A stretch of DNA of 64,000 nt from a virus. Each line of letters begins with the position of its first letter. Position 1 is the first letter of the stretch. The notes under the pieces are model-generated. The model had not been told where the DNA came from. It worked only from the letters and a program-made list of their open reading frames with translations, and did not search any database. The stretch covers positions 3,740 through 67,739 of the IMG/VR virus record IMGVR_UViG_3300032053_007880, one strand, 5' to 3'. Positions 48,214 through 56,611 of the stretch are shown here, one piece after another. Both the position numbers and the translations under genes were made by a program.

Positions 48214-49530
48214 CTAGTCTTTCCATAAAACCCTCATGTCGTCGAGTCTCGCCCCAAACTTGATCTCGACGCTCATCTTCAATCCGGGACAAAGTTTCGA
48301 CTCTGCCTCCAAAGTATCCTTCATGATTCGATAAGTAGCTTTTGCGTCTTGTGTTGAACATATTACGCCGTAACAGTCATGTACACTGAATGCGAGTTTT
48401 GATTCCGTGTCTCTAAGAGCCTTCCAAAGCTCGATCATCTTCTCCTGACAAACTGTCGCTGCTACTGATTGGATCACCAAATTACGAGCCGAATAAGCTT
48501 CGCTTGGGTCGTATTTTCTTGGCCTTCCAAAGTAGTCTTTGACGATCCCGCCCTCTTGTGCAATTTTTTGCTTTTCCAAAACCCAATTCATGGCTGTGGA
48601 AAAAATTGTGTTGATGTTGGTTCTGACTTTAATTGCTGCTGACTCTGGAATCTTGAGATTGTCCGCTAGACCTTTTGGGCCAAGCCCATATACGACCGGC
48701 AAAAACATCTTCTTGGACATCTTGCGTTTGATGTCTGTATCACAAGTATCTCCAGTAACGATTTCGTAGATCCGACTGTGCAAGTCGGCTCCAGAATCTA
48801 ATATCTCTTTAAGCTTTTGATCACCTGACAACCATTGCAACACAACAATTTCACAGAAACGATAATCAGCAGTTGCGAAACGTAGGCCATAGCCTCTTGG
48901 TTTCATAGCTTTTCTGATATCTGGTCCCATGTTGTGAGGCAAATAGCATTTCGAAAATTTCTTGGAGCAGCTAAGCCTGCCGTGCGTCTGTCCCTCAATT
49001 TCGTAGTAGGGATGTTCTGTACGTCGGGCGTCACTGTTCAATAATCCCGTTGATTCGATGGATGGTAAAACTCGATAGGACAACGGAATGTGAATGGATT
49101 TGTATATAGCTGGCCAATCTCGATTTTGGGCCACAACATTCAAACGGTTTACCGCCTCAATGAAATTATCTGGCGTATTTTTATGAATGCCAAGGAAAGC
49201 CTCGATGACCTTCAAGTCCAAGACGTTGTTGGCTGGTGTTACAAATTTTGTAGTGTGGTACTTGCAGAAACTGGCAAGAGATTTGAAATTCCAGAAATAG
49301 ACTCGATTGACCAGTTCATTGTTGAAGATGGTGGCGTCAAGAAGACCCATGATAGATGCTACATTGCTTGACGAGATATCGACCTCCACCCTTGAATTTG
49401 TACCACAAACAATGATTTTCGATAGCACGCTGTCTGTAAAATCCAAGACTTCAGGTTCTGTTTTCACAAAAACTGATTTGTTGGATTCAAGCAGTTCTGC
49501 CAGTAGCAGTGCAATCTCTTCGAGGCTCAT
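48214..49530 (-). CDS. Atypical DNA polymerase family A (thumb deleted, exonuclease degenerate)
   Basis: THGRLS, motif A ADYRFCE, DLH, motif B RKMSKKMFLPVVYG, FGRPR, N..IQSVAA, motif C VHD. Confidence 0.88.
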   Translation of the reverse strand: MSLEEIALLLAELLESNKSVFVKTEPEVLDFTDSVLSKIIVCGTNSRVEVDISSSNVASIMGLLDATIFNNELVNRVYFWNFKSLASFCKYHTTKFVTPANNVLDLKVIEAFLGIHKNTPDNFIEAVNRLNVVAQNRDWPAIYKSIHIPLSYRVLPSIESTGLLNSDARRTEHPYYEIEGQTHGRLSCSKKFSKCYLPHNMGPDIRKAMKPRGYGLRFATADYRFCEIVVLQWLSGDQKLKEILDSGADLHSRIYEIVTGDTCDTDIKRKMSKKMFLPVVYGLGPKGLADNLKIPESAAIKVRTNINTIFSTAMNWVLEKQKIAQEGGIVKDYFGRPRKYDPSEAYSARNLVIQSVAATVCQEKMIELWKALRDTESKLAFSVHDCYGVICSTQDAKATYRIMKDTLEAESKLCPGLKMSVEIKFGARLDDMRVLWKD

Positions 49531-49623
49531 ACTCGAATTCTAGCAGATCATTCAATCCACAACTACCCAAGTTTACAAAAAAGCCCTGTTCTGCAAGAAC
49601 TTTTCTCAAGACAAAAGGGGGGC

Positions 49624-50047
49624 CATGGTATGATCATAATGAAAGTAAAAAATAAAAGCACCTTTGAATTTCCTTTATTAAAAAGGCGAATTCGCAAAGT
49701 GCGTAGATTCTCTACATCTCCAAGACTAGGTTGCCCAAAGTACGTGGAGTCACTATGATCACAACCTAAGTTGCGTCAGGAATGGTTGTTTGAACCTCTT
49801 AACCAAATGACTTGCTCGTAGCCCCGGCTACCGCTGTTAAGCAGAACGAGCACATGGCATTGTGCCGGGTTAGTGATCTGGATTACTTAAGTTCTGACAT
49901 AAGGCGTTGAGTTCCCTAATTCTCGCCCGGTTGCGGTAAGACCTACCCGCTGTCAAGTTTTTCGCTGGTCTCGGACGACCATCAAATTCCGAGATTGTCC
50001 CGCAGGTTTTGAAAGTAATTTTGTTCGTCAACCGGAATTCTACCATG
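49624..50047. ncRNA. Candidate large structured RNA (or structured origin) next to the PolA gene
   Basis: Closed by CATGGTA/TACCATG with about ten nested helices and a possible pseudoknot; no credible long ORF; strand unresolved. Confidence 0.5.
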
Positions 50048-50090
50048 TTTTCTTTAAGAATGCAAGCAGTTTCTTTAAGAAAAACAGCCA

Positions 50091-50119
50091 TTGCCAAAAA
50101 AATCTGAATTCAGTAAAGT
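50091..50119 (+). promoter_or_regulatory. Sigma70-type promoter for ORF 50147
   Basis: TTGCCA-N17-TAAAGT; also CTAAATA at 50135-50141. Confidence 0.55.
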
Positions 50120-50146
50120 GCAAGCCTGATAATCCTAAATACTCCT

Positions 50147-50893
50147 ATGGAGAACGAACAAGTGAGATATGACGCTATTTTTGAATGGAACATGTCCACC
50201 ATGGAGATCGAAGCGTACAAACTCGCAGTTCTGTATGAACAAGAATTCGTAAAGTTGTTTGGAGGAACAGAAGACATTGACGGGCAAGTGTTTAGGAGAA
50301 ATTCCATTCCAAAACGAGGTGATCCACGCAAATCTGACATATTCCGTCAGTGTTGGAAACTTCGTCGAGAAACTCGTGGATTGCTCACTCCAGAACAATA
50401 CGTCAACTATGTCAAGGCCAATTTGGCGATCTTGAAAATCAACAAAGCGGCACCGTCACCAAATTCAATTTGTGGCGACAAAGCTTGGATTCGCTGGAAA
50501 GTATGGGAGAGGTGGTACACTCAGAAACTCAGCGACAAATCTTGTGTTGCTCCAATCCCATCTGTGTCAACTACAGACCCAAAAATCATTCGAGAAATTG
50601 ATCGAACAAAAAAGTTTCTGTTCGAAAAATGTGAGGGCGAAACACCATCTTCTGAAAAGATCAGAACATTCATAGAAAACGAATTTTTTAAGCTATGGAT
50701 CTTCTCTGGAAAGGCTTCAATCTATTATGTTATGATGTCGCCTTACACACAACCTTACATTTCAGATTTGGCCGAAGCATGTTCGTTTGATCCAGTTCTT
50801 TACCGTGAAAAGATCACCTCAGAAGTAAGGGATTATTTCCATTATGAGTTCAGCCATGAATTTGCTCGAACTGGGTCAGTGTCCAGTAAATGA
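50147..50893 (+). CDS. Hypothetical protein, weakly gp59 (helicase loader)-like
   Basis: AYKL...RKSD.F..C.KL...ANL...I.GD.A...W spacing recalls T4 gp59; function call is weak. Confidence 0.5.
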   Translation: MENEQVRYDAIFEWNMSTMEIEAYKLAVLYEQEFVKLFGGTEDIDGQVFRRNSIPKRGDPRKSDIFRQCWKLRRETRGLLTPEQYVNYVKANLAILKINKAAPSPNSICGDKAWIRWKVWERWYTQKLSDKSCVAPIPSVSTTDPKIIREIDRTKKFLFEKCEGETPSSEKIRTFIENEFFKLWIFSGKASIYYVMMSPYTQPYISDLAEACSFDPVLYREKITSEVRDYFHYEFSHEFARTGSVSSK

Positions 50894-51191
50894 TTTTTTG
50901 ATTCCAATTAAACTTGGATCAATTCGAAATTTTTCGAATTACTCAGTCGATGAGTATCGACCTGTAATTAGTGCTGAATTGTTTGGCATACTTTGGAGCG
51001 GTCGTCACAGCTTTACAAATATTGTTGTTTACGATTACCCTGATTGGGTGTATGTTCACCTGAACTTTCACAATCCTTTGTGTCAAGAAGAGCTTTACAG
51101 GATGACTGATTGTGAATTTGAACACTTCTCAAACTTTTTCTGCGGCATCGACAGCGAGAAGAAGTCAAACTGGAAGAAAGAAGGATTCTAA
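50856..51191 (+). CDS. Hypothetical protein ending WxxEGF
   Basis: C-terminus NWKKEGF. Confidence 0.5.
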   Translation: MNLLELGQCPVNDFLIPIKLGSIRNFSNYSVDEYRPVISAELFGILWSGRHSFTNIVVYDYPDWVYVHLNFHNPLCQEELYRMTDCEFEHFSNFFCGIDSEKKSNWKKEGF

Positions 51192-51328
51192 TGTACTTGT
51201 TTGCAATTATCGGAGCAGCATTGATGATCATTGCTGTTGTTTGGTACACGATGACTCAGCCATCAGAAGATGAAGATGACGATTACGAGTCTGATAGAGA
51301 TTGGTATGATGACAGAAAGGAAGACTAA
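51191..51328 (+). CDS. Small membrane protein with acidic tail (45 aa)
   Basis: Manual translation MYLFAIIGAALMIIAVVWY...DEDDDYE; TAATG-coupled at both ends. Confidence 0.6.
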   Translation: MYLFAIIGAALMIIAVVWYTMTQPSEDEDDDYESDRDWYDDRKED

Positions 51329-51915
51329 TGAGTTGTATCATAGTTTTGGGTTGCTTCCGTAGCGGCACCAGTGCTGTTGCTGGAACTCTACACAATCTTG
51401 GGGTTTTCATGGGTGATCATTTTGATCCGCCAAATCAAAATAACCCCAAAGGGTTCTTCGAAGATTTAGAGTTCAAGAGGATTCACAATTGGATGGAAGA
51501 CAGCGGCGATATTGATCACCTCTATAAAAATGTTGACGATCTCTATGAGAAACTCATCGTCCAACGAGAACAAGATCATTCTGTTTGGGGTGTTAAAGAT
51601 CCTTTGTTGTGCAAGTACCTTGGCAAGCTTACAACTTTCCTTAAGGCCGATCACAAATTGATTGTATGTCGCCGTCCGGTTGATGAAATTGCGGCCAGCA
51701 TGACCAAATCAATTGGCTTGGGAATGAATTCAGATCCCATGATGTTTAAGCCGCTGGCCCAGTATTACATTGATCACATGGAAAAGTCTCTAGCTGGATA
51801 CGGAGGCCCTGTTTTGGAAATTCAGAAAACAGATTCTATGTTGCAAATTTTGGAACCAATTTCAAACTTCGTTGGACTGCCAATTACTGATGCAGCCAGA
51901 GAATTTCTGTCATGA
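51328..51915 (+). CDS. Sulfotransferase family protein
   Basis: VLGCFRSGTSAVAG PAPS loop, NPKGFFED, WGVKDP, R.V.E.A.S. Confidence 0.85.
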   Translation: MSCIIVLGCFRSGTSAVAGTLHNLGVFMGDHFDPPNQNNPKGFFEDLEFKRIHNWMEDSGDIDHLYKNVDDLYEKLIVQREQDHSVWGVKDPLLCKYLGKLTTFLKADHKLIVCRRPVDEIAASMTKSIGLGMNSDPMMFKPLAQYYIDHMEKSLAGYGGPVLEIQKTDSMLQILEPISNFVGLPITDAAREFLS

Positions 51916-52283
51916 TAAACATAATCATTCTGCTTTTCGTGTTGCACTGGATTGGCGATTTTGTGTGTCAAACCAGATGGATGGCCGACAACAAAAGCAA
52001 GAACCTACTTGCATTGACTCTTCACGTTTCTGTTTACAGCTTTGTCATTTTTGTAGGTCTGTTGACAGTATCAAATTATTTCTCTATCGAAGGCTTTCTG
52101 CAATTCATGGGGGCAAACTTTATGTTGCATTGGATTACAGATATCACCACCAGTCAATTCACCAAACTTTTTTGGTTGAACAAAGACATGCACAAGTTTT
52201 TCATAGTAGTAGGATTCGATCAAATGATCCATGCTATATGTCTTGTGGTGACTGCCAATTGTTTTCTTTACTTGATTCCATAA
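51912..52283 (+). CDS. DUF3307 membrane protein
   Basis: HWIGDF..QT.WMA..K, H..D, GFDQMIH. Confidence 0.85.
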   Translation: MINIIILLFVLHWIGDFVCQTRWMADNKSKNLLALTLHVSVYSFVIFVGLLTVSNYFSIEGFLQFMGANFMLHWITDITTSQFTKLFWLNKDMHKFFIVVGFDQMIHAICLVVTANCFLYLIP

Positions 52284-52831
52284 TTATCAGGAATCTCTGT
52301 AGCGTTCATCGGAAACATTTTGTCTGGCTTTGATGAGAGTGAAGCATAATCGCTCAGTAATGTTTTATGTTTGAGCATTCTTCGAAGAACTTCTTGATAC
52401 ATCTTCAAAAAGAAAGGTGTTTCTTCAAGAAGTCTTGTCATTCTCTTGCACATATTCAAACATGTGTCTTCGTGCTCTGGGTTGAATGAATAAAGCCCTT
52501 CGTAGAGATGAAACTTTGTTGTGTCAAGGTTTTGTTCAGAAAAATAAATGCCAGTTCTATGTCTGTATGAATCTGACAATCTCACCATGATCACAAGTAA
52601 GGAAACCAAGTAAGCGTTTCTTCGTTCGATAGGTGTGCCATAATCTGCGTATGTGTCGCAGATAGACACCAGCCATCGCAACGAGAAATGTGACAAAATG
52701 TGATCTTCAAATTTAAGAATCAACTTTTTTAGATCATCCCAATTCTCATTGACGTTTCTTTTGTTTCGAAGTTCTTTTATGAGAGGCTTGATGTATTCTA
52801 AAGGAGACGCTTTGATCACGACGATTTCCAA
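52268..52831 (-). CDS. Hypothetical protein
   Basis: 187 aa with RWLVSICDTYADYG segment. Confidence 0.6.
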   Translation of the reverse strand: MEIVVIKASPLEYIKPLIKELRNKRNVNENWDDLKKLILKFEDHILSHFSLRWLVSICDTYADYGTPIERRNAYLVSLLVIMVRLSDSYRHRTGIYFSEQNLDTTKFHLYEGLYSFNPEHEDTCLNMCKRMTRLLEETPFFLKMYQEVLRRMLKHKTLLSDYASLSSKPDKMFPMNATEIPDNYGIK

Positions 52832-53007
52832 CTCATTGAGAACAAATTGAAGTGTGTTCTTCCGAGTTCTTGGCCTTTAGGATCTTTGACAATGAACATT
52901 GGACCTTTGTTTGAGTATTGTGTCATGTCAACAGAATAACCCATTCCTTGGAATGTTTGCCATTGCCCTTCTCTTAAGTTATTCTCTAGCCAGTTCTTGA
53001 AACTCAT
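52816..53007 (-). CDS. Small protein with capsid-targeting-like N-terminus
   Basis: Starts MSFKNWLE. Confidence 0.55.
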   Translation of the reverse strand: MSFKNWLENNLREGQWQTFQGMGYSVDMTQYSNKGPMFIVKDPKGQELGRTHFNLFSMSWKSS

Positions 53008-53015
53008 ACGGCACC

Positions 53016-53801
53016 TTAGTAATACTTGTAATGCACAGCGACCAATTCGCTGATTTCATCTCGTCCTTGTGACGGGAAACAATACAGATCCATATCCATT
53101 GGATTTATCTTCCATGAGTGAGCTTTTCCTACAGGCGATTCAATGTTGTAATTGTTGATTCGAATGGTGCCACATTCTGGATCATACGTTACCATCGTTT
53201 GGTTTTGTTCTACACGCCTTTGACTGATGCCTTCCAGTCCATGCCCACGTACACCCATCTTAATGATGTACGCATTGTCGCTGAGCTTCCTGATGCCTTC
53301 TGGAATGAAAATACTCTTCATCACCTTTCTGGCTTTGCTGTAGATCTGCTGTGTAAGGTGTTCAAGATCTGTGTAGTCAGTGATTGGCGAATCAAGCGGA
53401 CCTTCAAAAACCTTAGACAATTCGTTGTGTATCTCTTGTGCAACAATGTCTTCTAGTCCACCATGACCTTGGCGATTTAGCTGGAACATTTTCTTAGATG
53501 CCCAACGATCATTTCCTAGCTTATCTTTGTTAAGTTTTTTGACATAGAAAGTGTACCCCGGATCAACATCCAGTTTAACCGCTCCCGGCTGGTCTCCCCA
53601 ACGAATTTCATTCATAAATGGCGTGGATGCCTTGAGGTTTCCAATACTTTTTTTGGACAAAATATCCATCATCATTTCAACATCAAATTGATGGATTGGA
53701 CGATCAAGCATAGAGTCATCTGGGATCTCTCCGCCTTTGCTGCGTTCGAATCCAAAGATATCTGTAGCTTCCACGAATTTTTTGAAAGTCAATCTGTTCA
53801 T
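53016..53801 (-). CDS. Hypothetical protein with capsid-targeting-like N-terminus
   Basis: Starts MNRLTFKKFVEA; GTAAATA 7 nt upstream. Confidence 0.65.
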   Translation of the reverse strand: MNRLTFKKFVEATDIFGFERSKGGEIPDDSMLDRPIHQFDVEMMMDILSKKSIGNLKASTPFMNEIRWGDQPGAVKLDVDPGYTFYVKKLNKDKLGNDRWASKKMFQLNRQGHGGLEDIVAQEIHNELSKVFEGPLDSPITDYTDLEHLTQQIYSKARKVMKSIFIPEGIRKLSDNAYIIKMGVRGHGLEGISQRRVEQNQTMVTYDPECGTIRINNYNIESPVGKAHSWKINPMDMDLYCFPSQGRDEISELVAVHYKYY

Positions 53802-53886
53802 TACATGTTATTTACAGTCATTAGATGAAATTTCCAAAAGAACAGACAGAAACGCAGTGTTTGCTTTTAGATGCCTATATAATGGC

Positions 53887-54504
53887 ATGGGAAAGTTTAG
53901 CATTTGGTTAGAAAACTACGAAAGTCAAAAGAATCAACAGATAAAAGATATCTGGTCTGATACTCTTAAAATATTTACGGGCTCTCTGCCCGTTGAAGAT
54001 GCTGCCTATCAATCTCTAGGTAAAATCACTTATGGTGATCGTTCAAACCCATCTGGAAGTGCCAGCACTTTTAAGGGCAAAAAAGCTGCTTACAAGCATT
54101 TGGAAAACAAACAGATATTCAACAGATTGTTGGGCACTAAAGACCCACAGATTATCAAACAAGTACAAGACACAAAGAACTGGCTTGGGCACAATAACGA
54201 TGATCCAAAGAATCAAAGCAATGGAGATACTACTATTTCAACATTGTTGCAGAAACTTTTTGGTCAAGAAACCAGCCAACATCTAATTGACTCAGGTGCT
54301 CCTGTAGATGACGCCAAGCTTACCAAAGCTCCTCAAATGGCTCCCAAAAATGACATGGGGGCTGGTGGTCCTGCTCCAGATTCTCAGCAGATGCAGCCTC
54401 CTGTTCCTCCAAATCCAATGGGAACACCTCCTGCTCCGGTTGATCCTCAACAGCAACCACAACCTCCTCAACAAAAACCAATTGGAAATCCATTGTCAAT
54501 ATAA
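53887..54504 (+). CDS. Hypothetical protein with Pro/Gln-rich tail
   Basis: Likely start MGKFSIWLENYE; CTATATA 5 nt upstream. Confidence 0.65.
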   Translation: MGKFSIWLENYESQKNQQIKDIWSDTLKIFTGSLPVEDAAYQSLGKITYGDRSNPSGSASTFKGKKAAYKHLENKQIFNRLLGTKDPQIIKQVQDTKNWLGHNNDDPKNQSNGDTTISTLLQKLFGQETSQHLIDSGAPVDDAKLTKAPQMAPKNDMGAGGPAPDSQQMQPPVPPNPMGTPPAPVDPQQQPQPPQQKPIGNPLSI

Positions 54505-54519
54505 TTCAAAGAGGTTATC

Positions 54520-55395
54520 ATGTGCTGCGGCGGAAGATCTGGAAAGAAATCAAGATCCCGAGGTAAAGCAAGGTTCAAAAGAGGTGTGACAGCACGTCAA
54601 ATGATGGCTCTTTCTTATTCAAACAAACTTGTTGATTTTCTTTTGTGCAGGCCAGAGCACTATGGCATCAATTATTCAATCAATCCATGGATGAACATCC
54701 ATAATTCTGCTGACACAGGCAAAGCTGTCGAGCAATGGAATTCTCTTAAGTCTAAGATTGAAGAACTCAATGGATCGGTTCAATTAGTCAAATCCATATC
54801 TGGATTACCAGACATGGTTTTTACAGCAAATGCTGCATTGATCTTAAAGAACGGAACAGTTCTTCTTTCCAAGTTTACTCACCCAGAAAGATCTGGGGAA
54901 GAAGATTTATTTGAAGCTTGGTTTGTCGAGAACGGATACACTGTAATTCGTACAGATAAATCTTTTGAAGGTGCTGGAGATGCACTATATCTGGGGGACA
55001 CACTTGTTGGCGGCTATGGATTTCGTAGTGACCCAGAAGTGTATTTGGATTTGACAAGTACGGTAGTCAGGCTAGTTGATCCATATTTTTATCATCTCGA
55101 CACATGTTTTTGTCCGCTCCAAGACATGGATTACATGATCTGGGCTGGAGCGTTTGACAATTCTTCTTTGTCAATGATCCGCAATCTCGGCGGAAACGAA
55201 ATTTCTATTCCTGAGAACGAAGCCAGACTGTTTGCTTGCAATGCTGTCAGAATCGGGAAGAATATCATTTTGCCAGCAGGATGTCCAGAAACAGAAAGTC
55301 TTTTGGCCCAGAAAGGGTATCTTACGCACCCTCTGGAGATGTCTGAATTTATCAAATCTGGTGGTGCTTGCAAATGTTTGACTTTAGTAATTTGA
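54520..55395 (+). CDS. Amidinotransferase / arginine dihydrolase-like (pentein) enzyme
   Basis: YSINPWM, LPDMVFTANA, FEGAGD, FYHLDTCFCPL, FACNAV, EFIKSGGACKCLTL. Confidence 0.9.
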   Translation: MCCGGRSGKKSRSRGKARFKRGVTARQMMALSYSNKLVDFLLCRPEHYGINYSINPWMNIHNSADTGKAVEQWNSLKSKIEELNGSVQLVKSISGLPDMVFTANAALILKNGTVLLSKFTHPERSGEEDLFEAWFVENGYTVIRTDKSFEGAGDALYLGDTLVGGYGFRSDPEVYLDLTSTVVRLVDPYFYHLDTCFCPLQDMDYMIWAGAFDNSSLSMIRNLGGNEISIPENEARLFACNAVRIGKNIILPAGCPETESLLAQKGYLTHPLEMSEFIKSGGACKCLTLVI

Positions 55396-55459
55396 TTTGA
55401 ATATCAAAACTACTAACTCTTATACACAAGTAAGAGCGTTTTTTGCAAAGGGCACAGAT

Positions 55460-56611
55460 ATGAGAAACATTCCATTGTTTAAGGTTTTCATGGCAGACAC
55501 TGCTGCGGAGGCCACTGGCGAAGTATTAAAGTCTGGGTACATCGGACAAGGACCAAAGGTTGATGAATTTGAAAGGCTATTGTCCGATCACATACAGACT
55601 CCGTATGTAAATACAGTTAACTCTGGAACGTCTGGCCTGCATTTGATTTTGCACATGATTAAAGACGAATCAGTCAAACATCCATTCGATAAAAATGGCG
55701 ATTGGGTTCGTGATGAGGTATTAACCACACCTTTGACATGTACGGCCACCAATTTTCCAATTCTTGCTCATGGATTGAAAATCAAATGGGTGGATCTTGA
55801 TCCGAAAACATGCAATGTTGACATGCAAGATCTTCGACGTAAGGTTGGCCCAAAGACATTGGCAATCATGGTGGTGCATTGGGGTGGCTATCCCTGCGAT
55901 CTTACAGAGTTGAAAAGCATTCAAGCACAATGCAACAACATGTACGGATTTACTCCTCCTGTAATTGAAGATTGTGCTCATGCTTTCGGTTCCACATACA
56001 AAGATAAGTTCTTAGGGAACCATGGAAACTACTGTATGTTCAGTTTCCAAGCCATCAAGCATCTTACAACTGGAGATGGCGGCATGATTACATGTCCCAC
56101 TGATCAAGCACACAAAAGAGCTAAGTTATTAAGATGGTATGGGCTGGATAGAACTAGCAGTGCCGATTTTCGTTGTGAGCAGAATATTCAGGAGTGGGGC
56201 TACAAGTTCCAGATGAATGATATTGCTGCCGCTATTGGTATTGAGAACTACAAGCACATTGATTTCATTCTTGACAAGCATCGTGAAAATGCGACTTACT
56301 TAAGAAACAGTTTGCAATTTTGGGCTGGCATTTATTGTTTGGAAGATTTGCCAGATCGTTCATCAGCCAATTGGGTGTTTACAATTCGTGTTGAACGTCG
56401 TGATGACTTCATGCAGATGATGAAGGACAAGGGCATTGGTGTTAGTCGAGTTCATGATCGAAACGACAAACACGAATGTCTGAAAGAATTTCGCTGTCCA
56501 TTGCCAACTACAGATTTAGTCTGTGGAGACATGTGTTGCATTCCGTGTGGTTGGTGGGTCAACGAAGAAGATCGTGATTACATCGTCGATTCCATCAAAG
56601 GCGGTTGGTAA
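55460..56611 (+). CDS. DegT/DnrJ/EryC1/StrS sugar aminotransferase
   Basis: GPKVDEFE, VNSGTSGL, VHWGG, IEDCAHAFG, FSFQAIKHLTTGDGG. Confidence 0.93.
   Translation: MRNIPLFKVFMADTAAEATGEVLKSGYIGQGPKVDEFERLLSDHIQTPYVNTVNSGTSGLHLILHMIKDESVKHPFDKNGDWVRDEVLTTPLTCTATNFPILAHGLKIKWVDLDPKTCNVDMQDLRRKVGPKTLAIMVVHWGGYPCDLTELKSIQAQCNNMYGFTPPVIEDCAHAFGSTYKDKFLGNHGNYCMFSFQAIKHLTTGDGGMITCPTDQAHKRAKLLRWYGLDRTSSADFRCEQNIQEWGYKFQMNDIAAAIGIENYKHIDFILDKHRENATYLRNSLQFWAGIYCLEDLPDRSSANWVFTIRVERRDDFMQMMKDKGIGVSRVHDRNDKHECLKEFRCPLPTTDLVCGDMCCIPCGWWVNEEDRDYIVDSIKGGW

Noticed and set aside
49577-49596. Minus-strand CAGAACAGGGCUU resembling the RNase P RNA 3' conserved region
   Set aside because: No matching GAGGAAAGUC-type 5' P4 strand found in the region.
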